DNA of 64,000 nt from Eukaryota sp. GEM-RC1 (Eukaryota). Positions 22,227 to 37,200 of this stretch are shown one piece after another. The notes below the pieces were generated by a model that saw only the letters and a list, made by a program, of their open reading frames with translations, had not been told where the DNA came from and made no database searches. The translations under genes and the position numbers were made by a program. Position 1 is the stretch's first letter, and the number at the start of each line of letters is the position of its first letter. The stretch covers positions 3,844,001 to 3,908,000 of the forward strand of contig JAUFOQ010000001.1 in NCBI GenBank assembly GCA_040285855.1. Reading direction: 5' to 3'.

Positions 22227-25200
22227 GACTATTTGTACACAACAAGTTTTTGCATTATTTTTTACAGATTCATAGTTTTGTAGGAAGGCTATCTTTTGGG
22301 TACCGAATAAAGTTTTTACTTACTTTATTTTTTACAGCATATAATCTAGATACGTTTTGTGTTTGATATCTTTTAGGTACATGTACCAGTAGTACTAGTA
22401 AGCTTTTCTTTAATTTATGTGGATTAACTGTACAATCTACAATGTATATATATTGCAGAACTGAGAATACATTAAAACCGATACTGTATTGATTGGTAAG
22501 CTGTTTTTGAAGTGTTGTCAATTATTTATTGCCTTGCGACAATGATAATACAACAATCAGAAAACTATTCTTTCAAAAAGCAGAAGTTTGAATCAGCACG
22601 CAACTCTACTAGTAGTATTTTATTGAATTATGAAGTGACGTTAAAAGATATTTACAAGTGTAGGGTTAGTGTGGTTGATATAGATATCCTGCCAATTGCA
22701 AACTGGGTGATCTCTACAGAAATCTGCGTACTTTTGACCTATTGCCTTAAATTCGATCAGACCTTTTCCTTGTGCATTATTTTGGTAAGTAAGGAGTAAG
22801 AAAGTAAGTTATTTGAATCATGGTGGGAGTAATTCCCACCATATTGTTGATTACATTGCAGACATTCATAACTGGCGAAGATGTATCGAGCTTCAATGCC
22901 AAATACTTTTAATCCGAATGTTAGTTAAACACTCACTTTCGAATCCTTTTTTTTACTTTTGGTTTGCTTCCAATGTAGAACAAACATCCACAATTGAATC
23001 GTGTAAAGCAATCACGTATCAATGAAGAGGTTGCCCCATCAATCAAGCACACACTCATTACAATACCATAGGTTGTTTGTAACGTACATCCTGTACTAAA
23101 TACCGACTCCTTGTAGCACTTCATTGGAGAGAAAGTCACAGTCATTTTGGTTGTTGAGTTTGTGTTCGTGGAATTCGATACACATCACCTACTGAAGTGT
23201 AAAATTGGGCAATTAAATCATTTTTGTTGAAGTTGTTTATAACGATATAATCATCTTCAAACATTTTTACAATTTCTTTCGTCGACATACATATTTCGTC
23301 TATTGAACGGTGAACATGATTGAACAAGTCTAGAACATCAGATTTCAGAGTCCCCTCGAGCAGTAAACACATTAAGTGATAGTAGAAAATGGAGTTACCT
23401 TCAATATGAAGATATCTTTCTTTCGAATAATCAAAAGGTGTATATCGATTCCTCAAGAGACAAGAACGTACCACTCATGAAGATAGGCCTTAGGATTGTG
23501 CAGAATCATGAGTGACTGCCAAAACAACGTGAAGAACACGTAGTACCACTTCTTTTAATTAAAGATTTGAAGGTTTTCCATTTTAAAGTAGGCTGAATCT
23601 CCTTAAATTTTATTAAACTTCTTTCTGTTGTTGGTCTTACAGTACATGTATAGAGTAAAAGTGAATAAAATAGTTAAATAAATATGTTAAATATATAATG
23701 CAGTTATAATATAAATAGGTCATGGCACCAACAATAATGACAGATAACAAGAAACAATTATATGGAACATAGTTCGGAGACACACTCTTGTGTTTTTTTT
23801 ATGTGTTTTTCTGTATTTTCTGTACTTCTTACATCCAATTCAAACAGGGGGAGCTATAAAAAGCTACAAGCTCTAATTATGCGTATTGTTCTTTGAGTCC
23901 TCTAAGAATATGATCAATCGCACAGAAATACCGTAATATTCATCTGCAGCATAACCGTTATTCATTGAATATTGGTACGAACCATACTGGATCACATCAC
24001 ACGTGTTTCTGCGATCCCAAACACAATCACATCACTGTTCATTATTCAAATATAAAGTACATGAATTGTCTTTGAACTTTTAGAATCTATAAAATCACTT
24101 CATTCTTTTGAAAAAACCGGATCTTTACCACTATCTTGAGACCAACATAGACAACATTTGGTGATATAGTATGTTGTTTGTTTCACAAAGGGATGTGATT
24201 ACATTGTCGAACAATAACGGTGGTTTTCGATTATCAGAGTTTAATGATCAATTAAAAATTTGTTTTCGGTTTATTATATACAATGTGCATGTATTCTAAT
24301 GATGATTTCACTTAAGTAGCTATCACATTTGATTGACAGCAGTGTAATCACAATCACAACGAGATCACGTGTGATTGTGATGCATAAGTATGGTATCTTT
24401 GAAGATATCACTGGTTTTCACCCATCAAATTAGACTTACAAATTTGATGTTCTGTATCATCATTTATTCCGTGTCAATGTCTCTAGACATTGACCTTACA
24501 GTGAAATCTAAAGGTCTCCTTTTTCATACAAAGTATGCAGCATAGTCTTTAACCGCATTTTTTTTGTACTATTGGCAATTTCTATTTTTGGTAATATTAG
24601 CAGGACTTGGAAAAATTGCATTGCCAATTAATTGCTCTCATTTTTCGTGGAGCAATGAATTATTGCAATTATCACACTTGCTACAATTAAATGCCCAATT
24701 AAATGGTTCATGATATACTAACCAATTGAATATACTAAATAATTCTTTGTTTTCAATAAAAGACCCTCTAGTGTATTGTTCTTTATGTAAACAAGACGGG
24801 TTTTACGAATTCGCTGTACTGAAAAAAGGAGAAAACGGAGCTATTCACTGACGAATATCAAGTATAGTGACAAAAATGCTGTAAACCAAATAAACAATGA
24901 CTCAGCAATCCACACCACTAACTTTGCTTGATTAAATATACGTTCCACTTCTAAAAAAAGTCATCTGGAATTTAGCATTAGTCGGAAAAAGCGTTCAAAC
25001 ACAGAGACCGATTATTGGTAAGGAAAGGAAACAAAGCAGTCTGTTCGAATAAGGAAAATTGATTTAAAAGAAGAATTGTTGTATTTGAAGATACCAACTT
25101 ACCGCGTACAATGTACACTAACAGACACTAGTTATAATATCTGAAGTTCTAAATATATTATAAAGACTTTTATTTTGGTCTGATATGGATTGTCAACTCT

Positions 25201-28200
25201 CACAAACTCTGTCTGAAGGTCTCCTTAATTTTTGTTTGAATTTATGAAATTCTTTTCATACACAGAATGGACTTTAACCGTATACTATTGGCAGGGATGG
25301 GAAATATTGAATTGTCAATCCACTATTGCCAATGAATAACAATATTTATTGATTGTTCCATTGTTTTTCAAACAAGAAATTGAAATTGTTACAATTGCCA
25401 TTCTTTTATATACTTTGTCACGTCTTTCTACTAGTAGAGTGTTTTTCAATTTTTGGCTCCACTAAGTACCACGTGTCACTTAGTGGAGCCATCGCTCTAA
25501 AATTTGTCTCAGTACTAGCGTGTTCAATGTATTGCCAATATTGATAATACAATATGTCTATGATAAAACAACAACATTTAAAACAATTCCTATGATGATT
25601 TCTAAAGCTCAATTAGCTCTTAGTGTTTTGTATGAAGAAAAAGCTGTTGTGAGTTTTAATGGCAATAATTGTTGCTTTAATGATATTGAGTTCTAGTATT
25701 TGTGTTTATGTTAGTGTTTTTGTTGCATAAAAGATTAGATAAAACAACAAATTTACTTTTGTATGGGCCAAAATCGAAGTTTGTTTATCATCAGACAGAC
25801 TTGAGCAACAGTTATGGTTGTACTACAACAGAGATTTATTGAATGTGATAACTATTCGAAATGCTTGCCCATCCCAATGGTCTGAAGAAGATGAAATCGT
25901 TGATGGAGATGGAGTTTAGACTATTTGTACACAACAAGTTTTTGCATTATTTTTTACAGATTCATAGTTTAAAAAGATGTTTATTCGGCACCCAATATGG
26001 TAACCTTCCTACAAACTATGATATATCCAGATATATTCATAGTTTTGTAGGAAGGCTATCTTTGGGTACCGAATAAAGTTTTTACTACTTTATTTTTTTA
26101 CAGCATATAATCTAGATACGTTTTGTGTTTGATATCTTTTAGGTACATGTACCAGTAGTACTAGTAAGCTTTTCTTTAATTTATGTGGATTAACTGTACA
26201 ATCTACAATGTATATATATTGCAGAACTGAGAATACATTAAAACCGATACTGTATTGATTGGTGAGCTGTTTTTTGAAGTGTTGTCAATTATTTATTGCC
26301 TTGCGACAATGATAATACAACAATCAGAAAACTATTCTTTCAAAAAGCAGAAGTTTGAATCAGCACGCAACTCTACTAGTAGTATTTTATTGAATCATGA
26401 AGTGACGTTAAAAGATATTTACAAGTGTAGGGTTAGTGTGGTTGATATAGATATCCTGCCAATTGCAAACTGGGTGAACTCTACAGAAATCTGCGTACTT
26501 TTGACCTATTGCCTTAAATTCGAAAAGACCTTTTCCTTGTGCATTATTTTGGTAAGTAAGGAGTAAGAAAGTAAGTTATTTGAATCATGGTGGGAGTAAT
26601 TCCCACCATATTGTTGATTACATTGCAGACATTCATAACTGGCGAAGATGTATCGAGCTTCAATGCCAAATACTTTTAATCCGAATGTTAGTTAAACACT
26701 CACTTTCGAATCCTTTTTTTTACTTTTGGTTTGCTTCCAATGTAGAACAAACATCCACAATTGAATCGTGTAAAGCAATCACGTATCAATGAAGAGGTTG
26801 CCTCATCAATCAAGCACACACTCATTACAATACCATAGGTTGTTTGTAACGTACATCCTGTACTAAATACCGACTCCTTGTAGCACTTCATTGGAGAGAA
26901 AGTCACAGTCATTTTGGTTGTTGAGTTTGTGTTCGTGGAATTCGATACACATCACCTACTGAAGTGTAAAATTGGGCAATTAAATCATTTTTGTTGAAGT
27001 TGTTTATAACGATATAATCATCGTCAAACATTTTTACAATTTCTTTCGTCGACATACATATTTCGTCTATTGAACGGTGAACATGATTGAACAAGTCTAG
27101 AACATTAGATTTCAGAGTCCCCTCGAGCAGTAAACACATTAAGTGATAGTAGAAAATGGAGTTACCTTCAATATGAAGATATCTTTCTTTCGAATAATCA
27201 AAAGGTGTATATCGATTCCTCAAGAGACAAGAACGTACCACTCATGAAGATAGGCCTTAGGATTGTGCAGAATCATGAGTGACTGCCAAAACAACGTGAA
27301 GAACACGTAGTACCACTTCTTTTAATTAAAGATTTGAAGGTTTTCCATTTTAAAGTAGGCTGAATCTCCTTAAATTTTATTAAACTTCTTTCTGTTGTTG
27401 GTCTTACAGTACATGTATAGAGTAAAAGTGAATAAAATAGTTAAATAAATATGTTAAATATATAATGCAGTTATAATATAAATAGGTCATGGCACCAACA
27501 ATAATGACAGATAACAAGAAACAATTATATGGAACATAGTTCGGAGACACACTCTTGTGTTTTTTTTATGTGTTTTTCTGTATTTTCTGTACTTCTTACA
27601 TCCAATTCAAACAGGGGGAGCTATAAAAAGCTACAAGCTCTAATTATGCGTATTGTTCTTTGAGTCCTCTAAGAATATGATCAATCGCACAGAAATACCG
27701 TAATATTCATCTGCAGCATAACCGTTATTCATTGAATATTGGTACGAACCATACTGGATCACATCACACGTGTTTCTGCGATCCCAAACACAATCACATC
27801 ACTGTTCATTATTCAAATATAAAGTACATGAATTGTCTTTGAACTTTTAGAATCTATAAAATCACTTCATTCTTTTGAAAGAAACAGGATCTTTATCACT
27901 ATCTTGAGACCAACATAGACAACATTTGGTGATATAGTATGTTGTTTGTTTCACAAAGGGATGTGATTACATTGTCGAACAATAACGGTGGTTTTCGATT
28001 ATCAGAGTTTAATGATCAATTAAAAATTTGTTTTCGGTTTATTATATACAATGTGCATGTATTCTAATGATGATTTCACTTAAGTAGCTATCACATTTGA
28101 TTGACAGCAGTGTAATCACAATCACAACGAGATCACGTGTGATTGTGATGCATAAGTATGGTATCTTTGAAGATATCACTGGTTTTCACCCATCAAATTA

Positions 28201-31200
28201 GACTTACAAATTTAATGTTCTGTATCATCATTTATTCCGTGTCAATGTCTCTAGACATTGACCTTACAGTGAAATCTAAAGGTCTCCTTTTTCATACAAA
28301 GTATGCAGCATGGTCTTTAACCGCATTTTTTTTGTACTATTGGCAATTTCTATTTTTGGTAATATTAGCAGGACTTGGAAAAATTGCATTGCCAATTAAT
28401 TGCTCTCATTTTTCGTGGAGCAATGAATTATTGCAATTATCACACTTGCTACAATTAAATGCCCAATTAAATGGTTCATGATATACTAACCAATTGAATA
28501 TACTAAATAATTCTTTGTTTTCAATAAAAGACCCTCTAGTGTATTGTTCTTTATGTAAACAAGACGGGTTTTACGAATTCGCTGTACTGAAAAAAAGGAG
28601 AAAACGGAGCTATTCACTGACGAATATCAAGTATAGTGACAAAAATGCTGTAAACCAAATAAACAATGACTCAGCAATCCACACCACTAACTTTGCTTGA
28701 TTAAATATACGTTCCACTTCTAAAAAAAGTCATCTGGAATTTAGCATTAGTCGGAAAAAGCGTTCAAACACAGAGACCGATTATTGGTAAGGAAAGGAAA
28801 CAAAGCAGTCTGTTCGAATAAGGAAAATTGATTTAAAAGAAGAATTGTTGTATTTGAAGATACCAACTTACCGCGTACAATGTACACTAACAGACACTAG
28901 TTATAATATCTGAAGTTCTAAATATATTATAAAGACTTTTATTTTGGTCTGATATGGATTGTCAACTCTCACAAACTCTGTCTGAAGGTCTCCTTAATTT
29001 TTGTTTGAATTTATGAAATTCTTTTCATACACAGAATGGACTTTAACCGTATACTATTGGCAGGGATGGGAAATATTGAATTGTCAATCCACTATTGCCA
29101 ATGAATAACAATATTTATTGATTGTTCCATTGTTTTTCAAACAAGAAATTGAAATTGTTACAATTGCCATTCTTTTTATATACTTTGTCACGTCTTTCTA
29201 CTAGTAGAGTGTTTTTCATTTTTGGCTCCACTAAGTACCACGTGTCACTTAGTGGAGCCATCGCTCTAAAATTTGTCTCAGTACTAGCGTGTTCAATGTA
29301 TTGCCAATATTGATAATACAATATGTCTATGATAAAACAACAACATTTAAAACAATTCCTATGATGATTTCTAAAGCTCAATTAGCTCTTAGTGTTTTGT
29401 ATGAAGAAAAAGCTGTTGTGAGTTTTAATGGCAATAATTGTTGCTTTAATGATATTGAGTTCTAGTATTTGTGTTTATGTTAGTGTTTTTGTTGCATAAA
29501 AGATTAGATAAAACAACAAATTTACTTTTTGTATGGGCCAAAATCGAAGTTTGTTTATCATCAGACAGACTTGAGCAACAGTTATGGTTGTACTACAACA
29601 GAGATTTATTGAATGTGATAACTATTCGAAATGCTTGCCCATCCCAATGGTCTGAAGAAGATGAAATCGTTGATGGAGATGGAGTTTAGACTATTTGTAC
29701 ACAACAAGTTTTTGCATTATTTTTTACAGATTCATAGTTTAAAAGATGTTTATTCGGCACCCAATATGGTAACCTTCCTACAAACTATGATATATCCAGA
29801 TATATTCATAGTTTTGTAGGAAGGCTATCTTTTGGGTACCGAATAAAGTTTTTACTCTACTTTATTTTTTACAGCATATAATCTAGATACGTTTTGTGTT
29901 TGATATCTTTTAGGTACATGTACCAGTAGTACTAGTAAGCTTTTCTTTAATTTATGTGGATTAACTGTACAATCTACAATGTATATATATTGCAGAACTG
30001 AGAATACATTAAAACCGATACTGTATTGATTGGTGAGCTGTTTTTGAAGTGTTGTCAATTATTTATTGCCTTGCGACAATGATAATACAACAATCAGAAA
30101 ACTATTCTTTCAAAAAGCAGAAGTTTGAATCAGCACGCAACTCTACTAGTAGTATTTTATTGAATCATGAAGTGACGTTAAAAGATATTTACAAGTGTAG
30201 GGTTAGTGTGGTTGATATAGATATCCTGCCAATTGCAAACTGGGTGATCTCTACAGAAATCTGCGTACTTTTGACCTATTGCCTTAAATTCGAAAAGACC
30301 TTTTCCTTGTGCATTATTTTGGTAAGTAAGGAGTAAGAAAGTAAGTTATTTGAATCATGGTGGGAGTAATTCCCACCATATTGTTGATTACATTGCAGAC
30401 ATTCATAACTGGCGAAGATGTATCGAGCTTCAATGCCAAATACTTTTAATCCGAATGTTAGTTAAACACTCACTTTCGAATCCTTTTTTTTACTTTTGGT
30501 TTGCTTCCAATGTAGAACAAACATCCACAATTGAATCGTGTAAAGCAATCACGTATCAATGAAGAGGTTGCCTCATCAATCAAGCACACACTCATTACAA
30601 TACCATAGGTTGTTTGTAACGTACATCCTGTACTAAATACCGACTCCTTGTAGCACTTCATTGGAGAGAAAGTCACAGTCATTTTGGTTGTTGAGTTTGT
30701 GTTCGTGGAATTCGATACACATCACCTACTGAAGTGTAAAATTGGGCAATTAAATCATTTTTGTTGAAGTTGTTTATAACGATATAATCATCGTCAAACA
30801 TTTTTACAATTTCTTTCGTCGACATACATATTTCGTCTATTGAACGGTGAACATGATTGAACAAGTCTAGAACATTAGATTTCAGAGTCCCCTCGAGCAG
30901 TAAACACATTAAGTGATAGTAGAAAATGGAGTTACCTTCAATATGAAGATATCTTTCTTTCGAATAATCAAAAGGTGTATCGATTCCTCAAGAGACAAGA
31001 ACGTACCACTCATGAAGATAGGCCTTAGGATTGTGCAGAATCATGAGTGACTGCCAAAACAACGTGAAGAACACGTAGTACCACTTCTTTTAATTAAAGA
31101 TTTGAAGGTTTTCCATGTTAAAGTAGGCTGAATCTCCTTAAATTTTATTAAACTTCTTTCTGTTGTTGGTCTTACAGTACATGTATAGAGTAAAAGTGAA

Positions 31201-34200
31201 TAAAATAGTTAAATAAATATGTTAAATATATAATGCAGTTATAATATAAATAGGTCATGGCACCAACAATAATGACAGATAACAAGAAACAATTATATGG
31301 AACATAGTTCGGAGACACACTCTTGTGTTTTTTTATGTGTTTTTCTGTATTTTCTGTACTTCTTACATCCAATTCAAACAGGGGGAGCTATAAAAAGCTA
31401 CAAGCTCTAATTATGCGTATTGTTCTTTGAGTCCTCTAAGAATATGATCAATCGCACAGAAATACCGTAATATTCATCTGCAGCATAACCGTTATTCATT
31501 GAATATTGGTACGAACCATACTGGATCACATCACACGTGTTTCTGCGATCCCAAACACAATCACATCACTGTTCATTATTCAAATATAAAGTACATGAAT
31601 TGTCTTTGAACTTTTAGAATCTATAAAATCACTTCATTCTTTTGAAAGAAACAGGATCTTTATCACTATCTTGAGACCAACATAGACAACATTTGGTGAT
31701 ATAGTATGTTGTTTGTTTCACAAAGGGATGTGATTACATTGTCGAACAATAACGGTGGTTTTCGATTATCAGAGTTTAATGATCAATTAAAAATTTGTTT
31801 TCGGTTTATTATATACAATGTGCATGTATTCTAATGATGATTTCACTTAAGTAGCTATCACATTTGATTGACAAACAGTGTAATCACAATCACAACGAGA
31901 TCACGTGTGATTGTGATGCATAAGTATGGTATCTTTGAAGATATCACTGAGTTTGCACCCATCAAATTAGACTTACAAATTTGATGTTCTGTATCATCAT
32001 TTATTCCGTGTCAATGTCTCTAGACATTGACCTTACAGTGAAATCTAAAGGTCTCCTTTTTCATACAAAGTATGCAGCATGGTCTTTAACCGCATTTTTT
32101 TTGTACTATTGGCAATTTCTATTTTTGGTAATATTAGCAGGACTTGGAAAAATTGCATTGCCAATTAATTGCTCTCATTTTTCGTGGAGCAATGAATTAT
32201 TGCAATTATCACACTTGCTACAATTAAATGCCCAATTAAATGGTTCATGATATACTAACCAATTGAATATACTAAATAATTCTTTGTTTTCAATAAAAGA
32301 CCCTCTAGTGTATTGTTCTTTATGTAAACAAGACGGGTTTTACGAATTCGCTGTACTGAAAAAAGGAGAAAACGGAGCTATTCACTGACGAATATCAAGT
32401 ATAGTGACAAAAATGCTGTAAACCAAATAAACAATGACTCAGCAATCCACACCACTAACTTTGCTTGATTAAATATACGTTCCACTTCTAAAAAAAGTCA
32501 TCTGGAATTTAGCATTAGTCGGAAAAAGCGTTCAAACACAGAGACCGATTATTGGTAAGGAAAGGAAACAAAGCAGTCTGTTCGAATAAGGAAAATTGAT
32601 TTAAAAGAAGAATTGTTGTATTTGAAGATACCAACTTACCGCGTACAATGTACACTAACAGACACTAGTTATAATATCTGAAGTTCTAAATATATTATAA
32701 AGACTTTTATTTTGGTCTGATATGGATTGTCAACTCTCACAAACTCTGTCTGAAGGTCTCCTTAATTTTTGTTTGAATTTATGAAATTCTTTTTCATACA
32801 CAGAATGGACTTTAACCGTATACTATTGGCAGGGATGGGAAATATTGAATTGTCAATCCACTATTGCCAATGAATAACAATATTTATTGATTGTTCCATT
32901 GTTTTTCAAACAAGAAATTGAAATTGTTACAATTGCCATTCTTTTTATATACTTTGTCACGTCTTTCTACTAGTAGAGTGTTTTCATTTTTGGCTCCACT
33001 AAGTACCACGTGTCACTTAGTGGAGCCATCGCTCTAAAATTTGTCTCAGTACTAGCGTGTTCAATGTATTGCCAATATTGATAATACAATATGTCTATGA
33101 TAAAACAACAACATTTAAAACAATTCCTATGATGATTTCTAAAGCTCAATTAGCTCTTAGTGTTTTTTATGAAGAAAAAGCTGTTGTGAGTTTTAATGGC
33201 AATAATTGTTGCTTTAATGATATTGAGTTCTAGTATTTGTGTTTATGTTAGTGTTTTTGTTGCATAAAAGATTAGATAAAACAACAAATTTACTTTTTGT
33301 ATGGGCCAAAATCGAAGTTTGTTTATCATCAGACAGACTTGAGCATCAGTTATGGTTGTACTACAACAGAGATTTATTGAATGTGATAACTATTCGAAAT
33401 GCTTGCCCATCCCAATGGTCTGAAGAAGATGAAATCGTTGATGGAGATGAAGTTTAGACTATTTGTACACAACAAGTTTTTGCATTATTTTTTACAGATT
33501 CATAGTTTTGTAGGAAGGCTATCTTTTGGGTACCGAATAAAGTTTTTACTTACTTTATTTTTTACAGCATATAATCTAGATACGTTTTGTGTTTGATATC
33601 TTTTAGGTACATGTACCAGTAGTACTAGTAAGCTTTTCTTTAATTTATGTGGATTAACTGTACAATCTACAATGTATATATATTGCAGAACTGAGAATAC
33701 ATTAAAACCGATACTGTATTGATTGGTGAGCTGTTTTTGAAGTGTTGTCAATTATTTATTGCCTTGCGACAATGATAATACAACAATCAGAAAACTATTC
33801 TTTCAAAAAAGCAGAAGTTTGAATCAGCACGCAACTCTACTAGTAGTATTTTATTGAATCATGAAGTGACGTTAAAAGATATTTACAAGTGTAGGGTTAG
33901 TGTGGTTGATATAGATATCCTGCCAATTGCAAACTGGGTGATCTCTACAGAAATCTGCGTACTTTTGACCTATTGCCTTAAATTCGAAAAGACCTTTTCC
34001 TTGTGCATTATTTTGGTAAGTAAGGAGTAAGAAAGTAAGTTATTTGAATCATGGTGGGAGTAATTCCCACCATATTGTTGATTACATTGCAGACATTCAT
34101 AACTGGCGAAGATGTATCGAGCTTCAATGCCAAATACTTTTAATCCGAATGTTAGTTAAACACTCACTTTCGAATCCTTTTTTTTACTTTTGGTTTGCTT

Positions 34201-37200
34201 CCAATGTAGAACAAACATCCACAATTGAATCGTGTAAAGCAATCACGTATCAATGAAGAGGTTGCCTCATCAATCAAGCACACACTCATTACAATACCAT
34301 AGGTTGTTTGTAACGTACATCCTGTACTAAATACCGACTCCTTGTAGCACTTCATTGGAGAGAAAGTCACAGTCATTTTGGTTGTTGAGTTTGTGTTCGT
34401 GGAATTCGATACACATCACCTACTGAAGTGTAAAATTGGGCAATTAAATCATTTTTGTTGAAGTTGTTTATAACGATATAATCATCGTCAAACATTTTTA
34501 CAATTTCTTTCGTCGACATACATATTTCGTCTTTTGAACGGTGAACATGATTGAACAAGTCTAGAACATTAGATTTCAGAGTCCCCTCGAGCAGTAAACA
34601 CATTAAGTGATAGTAGAAAATGGAGTTACCTTCAATATGAAGATATCTTTCTTTCGAATAATCAAAAGGTGTATCGATTCCTCAAGAGACAAGAACGTAC
34701 CACTCATGAAGATAGGCCTTAGGATTGTGCAGAATCATGAGTGACTGCCAAAACAACGTGAAGAACACGTAGTACCACTTCTTTTAATTAAAGATTTGAA
34801 GGTTTTCCATTTTAAAGTAGGCTGAATCTCCTTAAATTTTATTAAACTTCTTTCTGTTGTTGGTCTTACAGTACATGTATAGAGTAAAAGTGAATAAAAT
34901 AGTTAAATAAATATGTTAAATATATAATGCAGTTATAATATAAATAGGTCATGGCACCAACAATAATGACAGATAACAAGAAACAATTATATGGAACATA
35001 GTTCGGAGACACACTCTTGTGTTTTTTTTATGTGTTTTTCTGTATTTTCTGTACTTCTTACATCCAATTCAAACAGGGGGAGCTATAAAAAGCTACAAGC
35101 TCTAATTATGCGTATTGTTCTTTGAGTCCTCTAAGAATATGATCAATCGCACAGAAATACCGTAATATTCATCTGCAGCATAACCGTTATTCATTGAATA
35201 TTGGTACGAACCATACTGGATCACATCACACGTGTTTCTGCGATCCCAAACACAATCACATCACTGTTCATTATTCAAATATATAGTACATGAATTGTCT
35301 TTGAACTTTTAGAATCTATAAAATCACTTCATTCTTTTGAAAAAACCGGATCTTTACCACTATCTTGAGACCAACATAGACAACATTTGGTGATATAGTA
35401 TGTTGTTTGTTTCACAAAGGGATGTGATTACATTGTCGAACAATAACGGTGGTTTTCGATTATCAGAGTTTAATGATCAATTAAAAATTTGTTTTCGGTT
35501 TATTATATACAATGTGCATGTATTCTAATGATGATTTCACTTAAGTAGCTATCACATTTGATTGACAAGCAGTGTAATCACAATCACAACGAGATCACGT
35601 GTGATTGTGATGCATAAGTATGGTATCTTTGAAGATATCACTGGTTTTCACCCATCAAATTAGACTTACAAATTTGATGTTCTGTATCATCATTTATTCC
35701 GTGTCAATGTCTCTAGACATTGACCTTACAGTGAAATCTAAAGGTCTCCTTTTCATACAAAGTATGCAGCATAGTCTTTAACCGCATTTTTTTTGTACTA
35801 TTGGCAATTTCTATTTTTGGTAATATTAGCAGGACTTGGAAAATTGCATTGCCAATTAATTGCTCTCATTTTTCGTGGAGCAATGAATTATTGCAATTAT
35901 CACACTTGCTACAATTAAATGCCCAATTAAATGGTTCATGATATACTAACCAATTGAATATACTAAATAATTCTTTGTTTTCAATAAAAGACCCTCTAGT
36001 GTATTGTTCTTTATGTAAACAAGACGGGTTTTACGAATTCGCTGTACTGAAAAAAGGAGAAAACGGAGCTATTCACTGACGAATATCAAGTATAGTGACA
36101 AAAATGCTGTAAACCAAATAAACAATGACTCAGCAATCCACACCACTAACTTTGCTTGATTAAATATACGTTCCACTTCTAAAAAGTCATCTGGAATTTA
36201 GCATTAGTCGGAAAAAGCGTTCAAACACAGAGACCGATTATTGGTAAGGAAAGGAAACAAAGCAGTCTGTTCGAATAAGGAAAATTGATTTAAAAGAAGA
36301 ATTGTTGTATTTGAAGATACCAACTTACCGCGTACAATGTACACTAACAGACACTAGTTATAATATCTGAAGTTCTAAATATATTATAAAGACTTTTATT
36401 TTGGTCTGATATGGATTGTCAACTCTCACAAACTCTGTCTGAAGGTCTCCTTAATTTTTGTTTGAATTTATGAAATTCTTTTCATACACAGAATGGACTT
36501 TAACCGTATACTATTGGCAGGGATGGGAAATATTGAATTGTCAATCCACTATTGCCAATGAATAACAATATTTATTGATTGTTCCATTGTTTTTCAAACA
36601 AGAAATTGAAATTGTTACAATTGCCATTCTTTTTATATACTTTGTCACGTCTTTCTACTAGTAGAGTGTTTTTCAGATTTTTGGCTCCACTAAGTACCAC
36701 GTGTCACTTAGTGGAGCCATCGCTCTAAAATTTGTCTCAGTACTAGCGTGTTCAATGTATTGCCAATATTGATAATACAATATGTCTATGATAAAACAAC
36801 AACATTTAAAACAATTCCTATGATGATTTCTAAAGCTCAATTAGCTCTTAGTGTTTTGTATGAAGAAAAAGCTGTTGTGAGTTTTAATGGCAATAATTGT
36901 TGCTTTAATGATATTGAGTTCTAGTATTTGTGTTTATGTTAGTGTTTTTGTTGCATAAAAGATTAGATAAAACAACAAATTTACTTTTGTATGGGCCAAA
37001 ATCGAAGTTTGTTTATCATCAGACAGACTTGAGCAACAGTTATGGTTGTACTACAACAGAGATTTATTGAATGTGATAACTATTCGAAATGCTTGCCCAT
37101 CCCAATGGTCTGAAGAAGATGAAATCGTTGATGGAGATGGAGTTTAGACTATTTGTACACAACAAGTTTTTGCATTATTTTTTACAGATTCATAGTTTAA

